A stretch of 64,000 nucleotides of DNA, taken from an uncultured Spirochaetota bacterium. GTDB lineage: Bacteria; Spirochaetota; Spirochaetia; SZUA-6; Fen-1364. The notes beneath the pieces are model-generated. The model did no database searches. It saw only the letters and a list, made by a program, of their open reading frames with translations, and was not told the origin of the DNA. Shown piece by piece: positions 1 through 11,600 of the stretch (position 1 is the first letter of the stretch; the number at the start of each line of letters is the position of its first letter). Position numbers and translations under genes: made by a program. The stretch is taken from NCBI GenBank assembly GCA_963734545.1, contig CAVTHO010000003.1, positions 352,001-416,000 of the forward strand, given 5' to 3'.

Positions 1-756
1 GTGGTCTTCTTCGGGCGGTTCGACTACCGGGTCAAGGCCGCGGCGGTGCTGCGCACGGATGACCTGGTCAACCTCACGGCCCCCTTCGACGGCCACCTGG
101 AAAAGGTCCTGGTCCGGGTCGGAGACGCGGTGTCCGAGGGCCAGGAGCTCGTGAGCCTGGACCGGACCGACCTGCTGCTGCGTGAGGCGGAGCTCGTGGC
201 GGAGAAAACCCGCTACGAGCGGGAGTTCGAAAAGGCACAGGGGTCGGGCGCCCTCGCGGACATGCGGATCACGACGGCCCTCAGGGACCAGGCCGCGGCG
301 AGGCTGGAGCTCGCCCGCTACCAGCTGGATCGCGCGGTCATCCGCGCGCTCTTCTCAGGGGTCATCGTGGAGGGCGACCTGTTCGAGAAGCTCGGGTCGC
401 CCGTTCGCCAGGGAGATCTGCTCCTGAAGCTCGGGCGCATGGAACGGCTGTACGCGGAGCTGGAAGTGAACGAAGCGGACATCCACGAGATCACCGGTGG
501 GCTGAAGGGTGAGATCGCCCTTGCCAGCAGGCCGCAGGAACGCTTCGCCGCGCGGGTGACCCGGGTGGAGCCCGCGGCGGTGGCCAAGGAGAAGAAGAAC
601 GTATTCGTGGTGAAGGCGGCCCTCACCGGTGATCGCCTGGACTGGTGGAGGCCGGGCATGAGCGGGGTCGCGCGGCTGGGGGTCGGCAAGCGCAGCCTGG
701 CCTGGATCCTCACCCATCGGACCCTCGATTTCCTCCGGCTGCGGCTCTGGTGGTAG
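1..756 (+). CDS. HlyD/RND-type membrane fusion (periplasmic adaptor) protein, 5' truncated by the window
   Basis: Lipoyl-like APFDGHLEKVLVRVGDAVSEGQELV, coiled-coil hairpin, second half-lipoyl ALFSGVIV..G..V..G, C-terminal WRPGMSG; stop tag 754-756. Confidence 0.85.
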   Translation: MVFFGRFDYRVKAAAVLRTDDLVNLTAPFDGHLEKVLVRVGDAVSEGQELVSLDRTDLLLREAELVAEKTRYEREFEKAQGSGALADMRITTALRDQAAARLELARYQLDRAVIRALFSGVIVEGDLFEKLGSPVRQGDLLLKLGRMERLYAELEVNEADIHEITGGLKGEIALASRPQERFAARVTRVEPAAVAKEKKNVFVVKAALTGDRLDWWRPGMSGVARLGVGKRSLAWILTHRTLDFLRLRLWW

Positions 757-768
757 GGACGAGGCCGG

Positions 769-2925
769 ATGGTCGAGGAAAGCCGGATCTTTCACGAGTC
801 GTGGTACCGCATCGCCAACCAGCGCGTCAGCCTGTCCGCGGCGGTGCGCGTGCGGCGGCAGCTCTTCCGCGGCTCCCGCTGGTACGTGCTCTCGGATCCC
901 TTCAACGGACAATTCTACCGGCTCCGGCCCCAGGCCTATGATTTCATCGCGAGGCTCAGCGCCCGGCGCACCGTGGAAGAGGTGTGGCGCGAGGCGATGG
1001 AGCGGGACCCTGACAACACCCCCGGCCAGGAGGACGTGATCCAGCTCCTGGCCCAGCTCTACCACGCCAACCTGCTCCGCTACGAGCTGCCGGTGGACAG
1101 CGAGAAGCTCTTCGACCGCTACAAGGAACGCAGGCAGAAGGTCACCCGGTCCACCCTGCTGAACATCATGTTCGTTCGCATCCCTCTCCTGGACCCGGAT
1201 GCCTTCCTGCAGCGTCTTCTGCCGTTTGTCCGGGTGCTGATGAATCCCGTGGGGCTCATCATCTGGATTGCCATGGTTGTCTGGGGGATCGCTGCCGCGG
1301 CCGGAAATTCAGCCGCCCTCGGCTCCCAGACCCAGGGCGTCCTCTCCCTCTCCAACCTGCCTCTCCTCTACGCGGGGCTCGTCCTGATCAAGACCCTGCA
1401 CGAGTTCGGGCACGCCTTTGCCGTGCGGCGTTTCGGCGGCGAGGTGCATGTCATGGGAGTCATGTTCCTCATCTTCAGCCCCCTTCCCTACATAGACGCC
1501 ACGGCGGCCTGGGCCTTCCGGAGCAAGGCAAAGCGGGTCCTCGTGGGAGCGGCGGGCATGATCGTCGAGGTGTTCGTCGCCGCCTGCGCGGCGGTCGTGT
1601 GGGCGAACACCGGCCCGGGCGCGCTGCACGCACTTGCGTACAACATGATCTTCGTCGCCTCGGTTTCCACCATTGTCTTCAACATCAACCCGCTCCTGCG
1701 ATACGACGGCTACTACATCCTCTCCGACCTCTTCGACATCCCCAACCTCCACAGCCAGGCCACCCAGCATCTCCGGCACCTGGTGGAGCGCTACGCATTC
1801 GGCGACAAGAAGTCCCGCAGCCCCGCCGCCTCGCCGGTGGAGGCCTTCTGGCTCACCCTCTTCGGCGTGCTGAGCGGGATCTACCGGTTTGTCGTGTTCG
1901 GCGGCATCCTCCTGTTCCTCGCGGACCGCTTCCTCCTGGCCGGCATCATCATGGCCGCCGTCTGCGGCGTCTCGTGGGTGATTGTCCCGCTCCTGCGTCT
2001 CGTGCGCTATCTTGCCATCGACAAGAAGCTGGAGCGGAGACGGCTGCGCGCGGTGTCCGTTTGCGCGGGGGCCGTGGCCGTGATCGCGGCGTTTCTCCTC
2101 CTCTGTCCGTTCCCGAACAGCTTCAAGAGCCCCGGCGTCCTGAAGGCGCGGGACTCGGAAATCGTCATCAACCGGGTGGGCGGGGAAGTGCGGGAGGTCC
2201 TCGCCGCCTCGGGCTCGAGGGTGAAGGCGGGCGACAGCCTCGTGCGCATGGAAAACAGGGAGCTGGAGTTCAGGATCCGGGAGCTGGAGGCCAAGCTGGC
2301 GGAGGTGAACGCCGTGCGGCAGCGCGCGCTGCAGGAGCGCCGCGCGGACGTGAAACCGGTGGAGGGCGTCATCGAGTCCATCACCAAACAGCTTTTCCGG
2401 CTCTACGGGGATCGGGCCGCGCTGCTCCTGACGGCCCGTATCCCCGGGGTATGGGTGGCGCCGCGCGTGAACGAGCTGGTCGATTCGTGGATTCCCCGCG
2501 GCATGCCGGTAGGGGAAATCGTCGACGATGAGTCCTTTTCCTTTTCGGCCGTGGTGTCCCAGCGTGATGTCTCCCGCGTCTTCTCCGGAGAGGTGCGGAG
2601 CGCGGATGTGCGTATTGCGGGCCGGTCCGATCGGACCATTCCGACGGTGGGCTCGATCCGGATCCCGATGGAGAGGACGGCGCTGCCGTCCGCTGCGCTC
2701 GGTCTGGGCGGGGGAGGGGAGGTGGTGACCAACCTCATGGATCCCAGCGGCACGCGCGCCGCCCAGTCCTTCTATGAGGTGCGGCTGGAGATCGTGAAGG
2801 ATCCTTCGCTCGCCGTCTTCCACGGACAGTCCGGCCGGGCAAGGTTCCGGCTCCCGCCGGAGCCGCTCCTGCGCCAGGGCATCCGCAGCCTGCAGCAGCT
2901 CTTCCAGGAGCGGTACCAGCTGTGA
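769..2925 (+). CDS. Site-2 (M50) intramembrane metalloprotease with PqqD/RRE-like N-terminal domain and HlyD-like C-terminal domain
   Basis: HEFGH zinc motif, NINPLLRYDG (NxxPxxxxDG), several TM segments; N-terminal WYVLSDP..FYRL...TVEEVW...QLLAQL is PqqD-like; C-terminal lipoyl plus coiled-coil. Confidence 0.85.
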   Translation: MVEESRIFHESWYRIANQRVSLSAAVRVRRQLFRGSRWYVLSDPFNGQFYRLRPQAYDFIARLSARRTVEEVWREAMERDPDNTPGQEDVIQLLAQLYHANLLRYELPVDSEKLFDRYKERRQKVTRSTLLNIMFVRIPLLDPDAFLQRLLPFVRVLMNPVGLIIWIAMVVWGIAAAAGNSAALGSQTQGVLSLSNLPLLYAGLVLIKTLHEFGHAFAVRRFGGEVHVMGVMFLIFSPLPYIDATAAWAFRSKAKRVLVGAAGMIVEVFVAACAAVVWANTGPGALHALAYNMIFVASVSTIVFNINPLLRYDGYYILSDLFDIPNLHSQATQHLRHLVERYAFGDKKSRSPAASPVEAFWLTLFGVLSGIYRFVVFGGILLFLADRFLLAGIIMAAVCGVSWVIVPLLRLVRYLAIDKKLERRRLRAVSVCAGAVAVIAAFLLLCPFPNSFKSPGVLKARDSEIVINRVGGEVREVLAASGSRVKAGDSLVRMENRELEFRIRELEAKLAEVNAVRQRALQERRADVKPVEGVIESITKQLFRLYGDRAALLLTARIPGVWVAPRVNELVDSWIPRGMPVGEIVDDESFSFSAVVSQRDVSRVFSGEVRSADVRIAGRSDRTIPTVGSIRIPMERTALPSAALGLGGGGEVVTNLMDPSGTRAAQSFYEVRLEIVKDPSLAVFHGQSGRARFRLPPEPLLRQGIRSLQQLFQERYQL

Positions 2926-4907
2926 GCACCTTGACCAGGGACTACTACCGCACCTTCATAAGGAAACCCGAGCCGCTCCTGTCGGGTCTGGACGCACCGC
3001 TGCACTCAGCCGCGGGCGCGGTCACCAGCATCGGCAGCGAATCCGAGCTCCTCGAGCAGGCCGGGCGCATCGATGCCAGGGCTGCGGAGTGGAGCGACAG
3101 GTCCGACGGCAGGCTGGCGAGCGGGCTGCAGGACCTGCGGGACGCGTTCAAAAGGCGCGGCAGGGGCTTTGAGCTCCTCATTCCCGACGCCCTGGCCGCA
3201 ATCCGCGAGGCCGCAACGCGCAAAGTCGGCCTTCGTCCCTACACGGTACAGCTCGCCGGTGCCCTCGCGCTTTACCGGGGCTACATCGTGGAAATGGCCA
3301 CCGGTGAGGGAAAGACGCTGACCGCGGCCCTGGCCATGGTGCTCCATGGCTGGAGCGGGCTTCCCTGTCATGTCGTCACGGTCAACGATTATCTTGCCGA
3401 GCGGGACGCCACCTGGATGGGGACCCTGTACCGGTTCTGCGGGGTGAGCGTGGGTTTCGTCACCGGCGAGATGGACCCTGCCGGCCGCAGGAAGGGCTAT
3501 TCCGCCGACGTCACCTACACCACGAGCAAGGAGATCGTCGCCGACTTCCTCAGGGACAGGCTCTGGCTCGGTGATCTGCAGAAGGTGGAGCGCCGGCAGA
3601 TCGCCTCCCTCCTGGGCAGGCGGTCCCGCATCGAGGAAGGGCTGGTGATGCGGGGCATCCACACGGCCATCGTGGACGAGGCGGACAATGTTCTCATCGA
3701 CGAGGCGGTCACCCCTCTCATCATCTCCCGCGCGGGACCGAACACGCTGTTCGTCGACGCCTGCGGGGCGGCGCACGGCATTGCGACGAGCCTTGAGCCG
3801 GGCAGGGACTATCTTGTGAACCACAGGCAGAAGGAGATCGAGTTCGATGACTCGATGCGGGAGCGCATCGTGGACCGGATTCGCGCCCGGCCCGGCACAT
3901 TCGGCGGCGCGGCGGGGAACCTCGAGCTCGTTCATCAGGCCCTTTCGGCGCGGGAGTTCTTCAGAAACGACGGGGAGTACGTGATCATCGACGGGAAGGT
4001 GGTCATCGTGGACGAGTTCACCGGCCGCCAGATGCCCCAGCGGCAGTGGCGGGGCGGACTGCACCAGCTCGTCGAGCTGAAGGAAGGGCTCGCCGCCACA
4101 CCGCCGAGCGAGACACTGGCCCGGCTCAGCTTTCAGCGCTTCTTCCGGTTCTTCGGCAGGCTCTCCGGCATGACCGGCACGGCGCGCGAGGCGGCCCAGG
4201 AGCTCTGGGACATCTATCAGCTCAACGTGGTACGGATCCCGGAAAACAGGCCCTGCCGGCGCATCGAGTTCCCCCAGGTGGCATTCGCGCGGGCCGCCGA
4301 CCGCTGGCAGGCGGTTCTTGCGGAGATACTTTCCCAGCACGCAACCGGGCGGCCGGTCCTGGTGGGCACCCGCAGCGTGAAATCCAGCGAGCACCTCTCC
4401 TCCCTGTTGAGCGGGGCCGGGCTGTCCCACCAGGTCCTCAACGCGGTGCGTCACCGGGAAGAGGCGGCCATCGTGGCGCGCGCGGGAGAACGGGGTGCCG
4501 TCACCATCGCCACGAACATGGCCGGCAGGGGGACAGACATTCGACTCCCCGAAGGTGTCACCGGGCTGGGGGGGCTGCACGTGATCGCGACCGAGTGCCA
4601 CGAGTCCCACAGGATCGACCGCCAGCTCTTCGGGCGCTGCGCGCGGCAGGGCGACCCGGGGAGCGCCCGCGCCTACGTCAGCATGGAAGACGATCTCATG
4701 GTCCGGTTCCTGCCGGATGTGGCGCGCAGGGCAATCAGGGCGCAGCTCGATCGGGCGGTGCCCGGTTCCGTCTGGATGGCGCGTCAGGCGGTTGCGTGGG
4801 CGCAGCGCACTGCCCAGCGGGACGCCTTCGAGAGGCGGAGGTCCGTGCTCAAGATGGACACCTGGCTCGATGATTCGCTTTCCTTCGCGCCGCGCGACGT
4901 ATCGTGA
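2922..4907 (+). CDS. Secondary SecA-like DEAD ATPase (661 aa) lacking the C-terminal scaffold, wing and zinc-finger regions
   Basis: EMATGEGKT, HVVTVNDYLAERD, IVDEADNVLIDEA, GMTGTA, TNMAGRGTDI, RIDRQLFGRCARQGDPG; GTGA overlap with upstream gene. Confidence 0.9.
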   Translation: MSTLTRDYYRTFIRKPEPLLSGLDAPLHSAAGAVTSIGSESELLEQAGRIDARAAEWSDRSDGRLASGLQDLRDAFKRRGRGFELLIPDALAAIREAATRKVGLRPYTVQLAGALALYRGYIVEMATGEGKTLTAALAMVLHGWSGLPCHVVTVNDYLAERDATWMGTLYRFCGVSVGFVTGEMDPAGRRKGYSADVTYTTSKEIVADFLRDRLWLGDLQKVERRQIASLLGRRSRIEEGLVMRGIHTAIVDEADNVLIDEAVTPLIISRAGPNTLFVDACGAAHGIATSLEPGRDYLVNHRQKEIEFDDSMRERIVDRIRARPGTFGGAAGNLELVHQALSAREFFRNDGEYVIIDGKVVIVDEFTGRQMPQRQWRGGLHQLVELKEGLAATPPSETLARLSFQRFFRFFGRLSGMTGTAREAAQELWDIYQLNVVRIPENRPCRRIEFPQVAFARAADRWQAVLAEILSQHATGRPVLVGTRSVKSSEHLSSLLSGAGLSHQVLNAVRHREEAAIVARAGERGAVTIATNMAGRGTDIRLPEGVTGLGGLHVIATECHESHRIDRQLFGRCARQGDPGSARAYVSMEDDLMVRFLPDVARRAIRAQLDRAVPGSVWMARQAVAWAQRTAQRDAFERRRSVLKMDTWLDDSLSFAPRDVS

Positions 4908-4970
4908 AAAGGACAACAGTATCGCGCCTCCGTCGAAGGGAGGGAGCGATCAGGAACAGGAGGACCTGCA

Positions 4971-5537
4971 ATGGGTAGATCGGGTATGGCACGGGCAGCG
5001 GCATTCATCATGGTCTTTGCGGCGGCGTGCGGTCTGGAGGCACAGGAGGCGACGCCCCGGACCCTGCTGTTGTTCGGCCCCCGACTGGGGATTTCCGCGG
5101 TTATCCAGGACCCGGGTGATTTCGACGACAACATGCAGTCCCTGCTGCATGACTCGAGCAGGAGCTATTTCCCGGTCTACAGCGAAATGGGGGTCCAGGC
5201 GCAGCAGCTTTTTCCCCTGGGGGGAACCAGGAGCTACCTCACCTTCCAGCAGACGCTCCTGCTGGGAGGCTTGGACCAGGGCATGCCCCTTCCGAGCGCG
5301 TATATGACACTCGGTTATCGGATGGCATTCGGGCTCGAATTCGGTCTCGGCCCCTATGTCACTGTTGCCTCGCCGGGCGGCTCCCCGGGTTTTGCCTTCT
5401 CGATGGTCTATGTAGTCGGGTGGACTTTCGTCATGCCTGGATTCCAGCTGCCGATCACCCTCACGTTCGTTCCCCTCCCCAGCTATGTGAATCCGCAAAT
5501 CTCGGTCCTGGCCGGGCTCAGCTTCGGGACGCTGTAA
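4971..5537 (+). CDS. Hypothetical exported protein, possibly a small outer-membrane beta-barrel
   Basis: RBS ggagg at ~4960; signal-peptide-like N-terminus; alternating hydrophobic beta-strand pattern ending ISVLAGLSF. Confidence 0.6.
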   Translation: MGRSGMARAAAFIMVFAAACGLEAQEATPRTLLLFGPRLGISAVIQDPGDFDDNMQSLLHDSSRSYFPVYSEMGVQAQQLFPLGGTRSYLTFQQTLLLGGLDQGMPLPSAYMTLGYRMAFGLEFGLGPYVTVASPGGSPGFAFSMVYVVGWTFVMPGFQLPITLTFVPLPSYVNPQISVLAGLSFGTL

Positions 5538-5559
5538 GGGCGAAACCTGAAAATAATTC

Positions 5560-5588
5560 TTGACAGCCATGGGATCATCATTTAAGAT
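5560..5588 (+). promoter_or_regulatory. sigma70-type promoter of the giant protein gene
   Basis: TTGACA (5560-5565), 17 nt, TAAGAT (5583-5588), AT-rich tract immediately upstream. Confidence 0.7.
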
Positions 5589-5614
5589 CCGACGCAATTG
5601 AGCTCGCCAAGTGA

Positions 5615-8600
5615 ATGAAAATGGGGATTGATAAGAAGAAGTTCCAGCTCGAACCCCTCGAATCCAGACTCCTGCTCTCCGCCAATGGAATCTTGGACAC
5701 CGTTGCCGTGCCGTCGAGCATCGTCGGCGCTGACGTGGTCGTGGAAGTGCTCGGGGCCGGAGAACAGATCACCGCGGCAAATCATGTCGGCTCAATGTAT
5801 GCGCCGGAGGGAAATCTGCCGGATCTCCTGGCAGCCAATTCCCCGGCACTGACGTCCGCGGCACCGGCCGCCGTGGCCATGACCCCTGTGGATGGCGTGT
5901 CTCCTGCACCCGCGGAAACAGGCACCACCAGCGTCGTGGTCCAGGCTGAGGCCGCTGGACAGACACTGACCGGGTCCGTAACGGAATCGCCCGCAGGGCC
6001 CTCCGCTTTCCAGGCGCCGGATCAACAGACAAAAACTGACGAGCTTGTTGCTACTCTTCACGGCTCAGAGCCCCCGCCTGTTGGCGTCCAGAACATTCAT
6101 CTCGTTGCCGCGCAACCCGTCACAGCCCCGTCGGGCCTGGTGATCAACAGTGGAGACACGTTGTCCGGCAATGGCGCCATCACGGGAAACCTGCTCAACC
6201 TGGGCACGCTCAGTCCGGGCAATTCTCCGGGGATTGTGAACATCACCGGAGATACGGTGCTGGATCCCTCCGGCAGCCTGCTCGTCGAGATCGGCGGGCT
6301 CACGCCGGGACCGGGGAGCCCGAACATCAACGACGGCTACGATCAGGTGAACGTGTCCGGCGCTGCCACCCTGGGCGGGACCCTCCAGATCAGTCTTCTC
6401 GACGGTTACTTACCCCAGGTCGGGGATTCCTTCACGATCATGACCTATGGATCCGCCACCGGAGCCTTCAATTCGGTGAATGGGCTCGTCATCGGGGACG
6501 GCCTGGTCTTCAAGCTGGAGCAGGGTGCCACCGAGCTGCGCCTGGTTGTCTCGAATGACATCATGGACGTCATCGACGCCGTGTTCAGCGGGCACGCGGG
6601 CAGTTTCACCCAGACGGTCACTCCCGGGGATATCCAGCTCGGCGGGGTCCTCGGCATTCAGTCCCCTTCCCTGACCTTCAACTTTGCCTACAGCAGCGGG
6701 TCCTGGTCCGGCTCCATCAGCCTGACGGCGAGCGGAGCCTCCTTCCAGATCGGTGACGCCGTGAGCGCAACGATTGCCGACACGAACTCCGACGGCATCG
6801 CTCTCACGGGCACGTACTCCTTGAGCATCGGATCGCCGCTCAGCGGAACTTTCAGTCTGACGGCGGACAAGTTCAGCTTGAGCATACCTTCCCTGCTGAC
6901 GGCGGATGCCACCGGTGTCACGCTGGGCTACAATCCCAACGGCCTGCCGGAGCAGGAGCTGGTCAATCTGGATCATCTCTCCGTGGCCATTCTTCCGCTG
7001 GATGACACAATCGTCACCGTTAACAATCTGTCCATCCGCGCAAATGGCTTCTCTCTCACCGACGCAGAGGTGACCAAGTCTTCGGTGACCCTCGGCTCGG
7101 TCGTCTCCATTCAGACCCTCACGCTCACGTTCAAAGATGTCAAATACTCCACGACCGGCGGCCTTCAGGGAACATTCGGTGTAAGCGCGGCTACGGTGAG
7201 CATGTTCCCCGGGTATGACGCTTTCACGTCCACCATAACCGGGTTCAGCGGCTCCTACACACTGGGCACCAGGGCCCTCAGCCTGGGCGCGGCCACCGTC
7301 GCCTTCGAGATCGGAAACTTGCTGAAGCTCACCGCGACGGACGTGGGCTTCGACCTGGATCCTTTCAAGGTGACAATCGGGGGCATCGAGGTAAGCTCGC
7401 CGCGTTTCCAGGCGTTCAACCTCACTGCCTCCGCAACCGGGCTCACCATCACCTCCACCGGGTTCTCAGTGGCAAGCGCCACCCTCAGCACCACGAGCTC
7501 CGTGAGCATCGGTCCGGTTTTGACGGTTTCCGGCCTGAGCATCACCGCGACCGATTTTGGCTACGAGGTCGGATCCGGGGCAAAGTTCAATGGCACGCTG
7601 TCGGTCACCGTGGGCTCCGCAGCGTTGTTCCCGACAAAGCCGGTGAATGCTTCGGCTACAAATATCGTCGTGACGGTGAATCTTGCTCACGAGCATGAAG
7701 GGGAGCTTTCCTTCTCGGCCGCCACGGTGAGCTTTACCCTGGGCAGCATATTCGAAGCATCGGCCTCCTCGGTATCGATCAATCCCACTCCGGGACCGGG
7801 GCAGCTCGCCTTCAGCTTCGCGCGGATCACCGCGGGCCTTCCCCAATTCGGGATTTCCGGCACCCTGGGAGATACCGGTACGGATCCCTCTCCTCCCGCG
7901 AGCTTCGGCTTCGACGTGAACGGCAAGATCCAGGTCCTCGCAGGCGCGAGCTTCGGTTTCTCCTTTGACACCGCCACCGCTGATGCGGCCCAGAGCCTCA
8001 AGTGGCCGAGCTGGCTTCCCGTGCAGATTTCCGAGCTGTCCATCGCCTGGGGCAATATCACGGAAAATCCTGCGGATTTTGTCCTGACGTTCTCAGCCTC
8101 GGTCAATCTGAGCCAGATCAAGGGCGCGCCCCTGAGCCTGTCCGGATCAGTGACCGATATCGTCATCGACGTCGGAAAACTCATAGCCCTCGAGTTCCCC
8201 ATCGTCTCCATAGGCGTTGTCAGCGTGTCCGTGACAGGGGATCTTTTCGGCGGCACAATCAGTGCCACTCTCGTAGCCGGCGTTTTCAGGTATGACAGCG
8301 AAGGATACGAAGTAGACAGCAGCAACCAGCGGGTCGGACTCCCGGACGGCACCCCCACTGACCCGGTGGGAGCCATTTCCAGCGCATTCTACGGCGGCAT
8401 CAAGGGCGGCTTCTCCATGAAAGGCCTTTCAGGATTCGAGCTCAGCATCGGGCTGTCAGAGTTCGGGCCGCTCTCCGTCTACGTGACCGTGTCGCTGCCC
8501 ACCGGCATCCTTCTCGAGCCCAATTCCGGCCTCACCATCAACAACCTTCGCGGCGGGGTGGATTTCAACATGACCCTGCCGAACATTCCGAATCCTGACA

Positions 8601-11600
8601 CGGGCACCGCGGTGGACGCGCTGCAGCTTCGCAGGGACGAGTTCAACTCTCCGGAGGGGATGACGGAGGTCCAGTGGAAGGCCAGCCTCCGGCGCGCGGT
8701 CGGCCAGCAGATCGTAACGATCATTGCCGCGCGCTCGCAGGGGCTCCCTGATCCCAATTTCTGGAACGTGTTCGCCTACCCCATGATCATCCGGGCCGGC
8801 GCGGACCTGTACAGCCAGTACACCTCTGACAACGTCTTCAAGGCCAAAATCGACCTTGCCCTGGACACCCAGGGAAGGATCCTGATCAGCGGCGAGGCCG
8901 TGTTCGCCAACAGCCTGAGCCTCGGCCTCCGGCTGTACGCCAACCTGAGTCCCGTGATCGACGGTTCGGTCAACAAGGGCGCAAAGGTGACCATTCTGTT
9001 CCTGTCAGATTTCCCCTCCGGCGCAGGCGTCACTCCCATATTCAGCGTGTACGGCAGGGCCGATTTCTTCTTCAGCAGGACCGATGGCACGCCGGTCACT
9101 GCCACGAACAAGGCCGACCAGTTCGAGATCTTCCTCGCCGGCGCTGCGACCATGAACGTGCTGGACCAGTTCTCGGTCACGTACAGCGGCAGCCTCGGCC
9201 TGGCTTTCTCGACCACCGGCTTCGTCATGAAAGTCAATGCCCAGGCCAATGTGTCGTATCTCGGAAACATCGGCACCGCCGCCGGGGAGCTTCACGTCCA
9301 GAAAGTCTCGGGAAGCTCGCTGGAGATCTGGGGCGCCTTCCTCATGACCGCGGATCTCTCTGCCATGGAGCAGTCAGGTATCTACGCTTCCGGGCTGGTG
9401 TTCTTCGCGCTGAACACGACAAGCGCGGCCAAATCTGTCACCCTGACCCTGCCGGCTACTCCGCCTGCCACGCCGACCGCCTATCCCCTGGACCTCAAGC
9501 CGACATCCTTCGGTCTCCTGATAGACGGCAAGGCTGTCATCAAGCTCCCGAAAAGCTCACCCAGTGACCCGGGCCTCTTTTCCATGACCGCGGTCCTGGT
9601 CGTGGACATCGATACGTCAGGCCTGCGGATATTTGCGGAGGGATCCATGACCCTCGGGTCCCCGGGAGTGGACCCGCTCCTGTCGTTCTCGTTCAACGGC
9701 CTGCTGGTGACGAACAGCCAGGGCATCGCGGCCCGGCTGACGCTCATCTATACGAACAACGCAATTCCTGGAGTCGGGCTGAATGCCCGGTTCCACCTCG
9801 TGTTGAATACAACGGGCCTGGCTGTTCAGTACCAGATCCCCACGCTTCCGACCGGTGATCAGATTCCGTTTGTCACGGGACCGAACCCTGCAGACCCGAC
9901 CGGTCCGGAGATACTGCTGGAGGGCCCCGGCCGCACCATCTCGATTCCCGGCGGACCGCCTGTCCTCGGGGACGGCATCGCGAACTGGGTTCCTACGGCG
10001 GAGAATGCCGGAAAACCATACGCGGTGATATTCGGCGGCGGCTCCCTGAGCCTGCTGGGCACCTTCACGCTGGACGGCGCGCTCCTCCTTATCCTTTCTC
10101 CCGCTGAGCTCGCCATGAGCGTGGACATGAGCTTGAGCCTGGCGGATCTGGGCACGGTGAATGCCACGGGCACCCTGCTGATCGACTCCAGCGGCGTGGC
10201 CGGCGCTCTGTCCATCGGAGTCCAGGCGGGAGTATTCAAGTCCGGCCCCCAGTTCAGCCTGTCCGGTGTGGCATTCTTCATGGTCAATACGCGCGCCAGC
10301 CCTGTGCCTGCCCTCCATCTTCCGGCAGGTCCTTACGCGCAGGTCGGAATAACAGGCACCCTGATCCTCGGCCTGGCATCCGGCACGAGCTTCACCATGG
10401 TGGGCAACTTCGTGCTCACCACCACTGCCACGGAAACAGCGGTCAGCGCCTCCTCCACGCTGACCGCTGAGCTGGGCGGGGTCACCCTCTTCTCCATGCA
10501 GGCGGACGGCGCCCTGGTAATGAGCGCGAATGGGATCGCGGCCAGAATCGTGCTGGGCTCTGGAGGCTCGAGCGGACTGAGTGGAGACGGCTTTACGTTC
10601 ACCGGATACTTCACCCTGGAGGTGAACACGACCACGCAGGCGGTCGCAGAGATCAACGCGGTGACTGTGAATCTGGCTCCAGGGCCGTACGTGCGCGTGC
10701 GCATCGGCGGGGACCCGGCGGTGTCGGGCTCCACGGCCACGCTTGCCCTCTCTGAGGCCGGGGACAACAGCATTGGGATGAACGGGAGGTTCGACCTGGA
10801 GATGAGCCCTGCCGGGCTCGCGGTGACAGCCAGCGCCACGCTCTTCATGAAGCTGGGAGGAGCTACCCTGTTCTCCCTGAATGCAAATGGCGCCCTCCTT
10901 GTCACAGCGGACGGCATTGCCGCGAAGCTCTCCCTCGGAACCGGGCAGCTCGAGCACTGCTGCCGCCAACGGCTTCTCGTTCGCAGGGTATTTCACCCTC
11001 GAGCTGAACACAGGCATCCAGCGGGTTACGAAGATCAACGACGTCGTCGTGAACCTTGAACCCGGACCGTATGTGCGGCTGACAATCGGCGGTGACCCCG
11101 CCGTTGCAGGCTCCGAGGCCGTGCTGCAGCTCATTCTCGGGGGAGCCAGCGGCTTCCGCCTGGAAGGCTCCTTTGTTCTGGCGCTCAGCTCCTCCGGTAT
11201 CGCGGTCAGCGCCACCACGTCCCTGGTGGCGGTAGTAGCGGGCCAGCCCCTTCTGACTGTCGACGCAAGCGGCGCCCTTCTGATCAGCAGCGCAGGCATC
11301 GCGGCGAAAATAAGCTTGAGCGCGGGGTCGATCAGCGGCTCGTCCTATGAGTTCACAGCCGCCGCAGGCGCGGCATTCACCCTTTCGATCAATACCACCG
11401 CAGCGGCCGTGGACATCATCAACAACGTGACAGTGGACCTGCCGGCAGGTCCGTATGCATATCTGGCCGTGAGCGGCGCGGTGAGTCTTCCTGCCGCGGC
11501 AGGGCTCTCGCTTTCCGGCGTATTCTCCATCTCGGCCAGCCCGGCCGGACTGGAGATCTTTGCAGACGCCTCGCTCGCCTTTGGACCGAGCATCGCTGCG

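Noticed and set aside
769-2925. RiPP/bacteriocin cluster suggested by the PqqD-like domain and protease
   Set aside because: No short precursor or modifying enzymes in the window; the adjacent giant leader-bearing protein is a better substrate candidate. Upstream DNA is not visible.
2922-4907. Housekeeping secA
   Set aside because: Too short, lacks the C-terminal domains and is embedded in an adaptor/protease operon.
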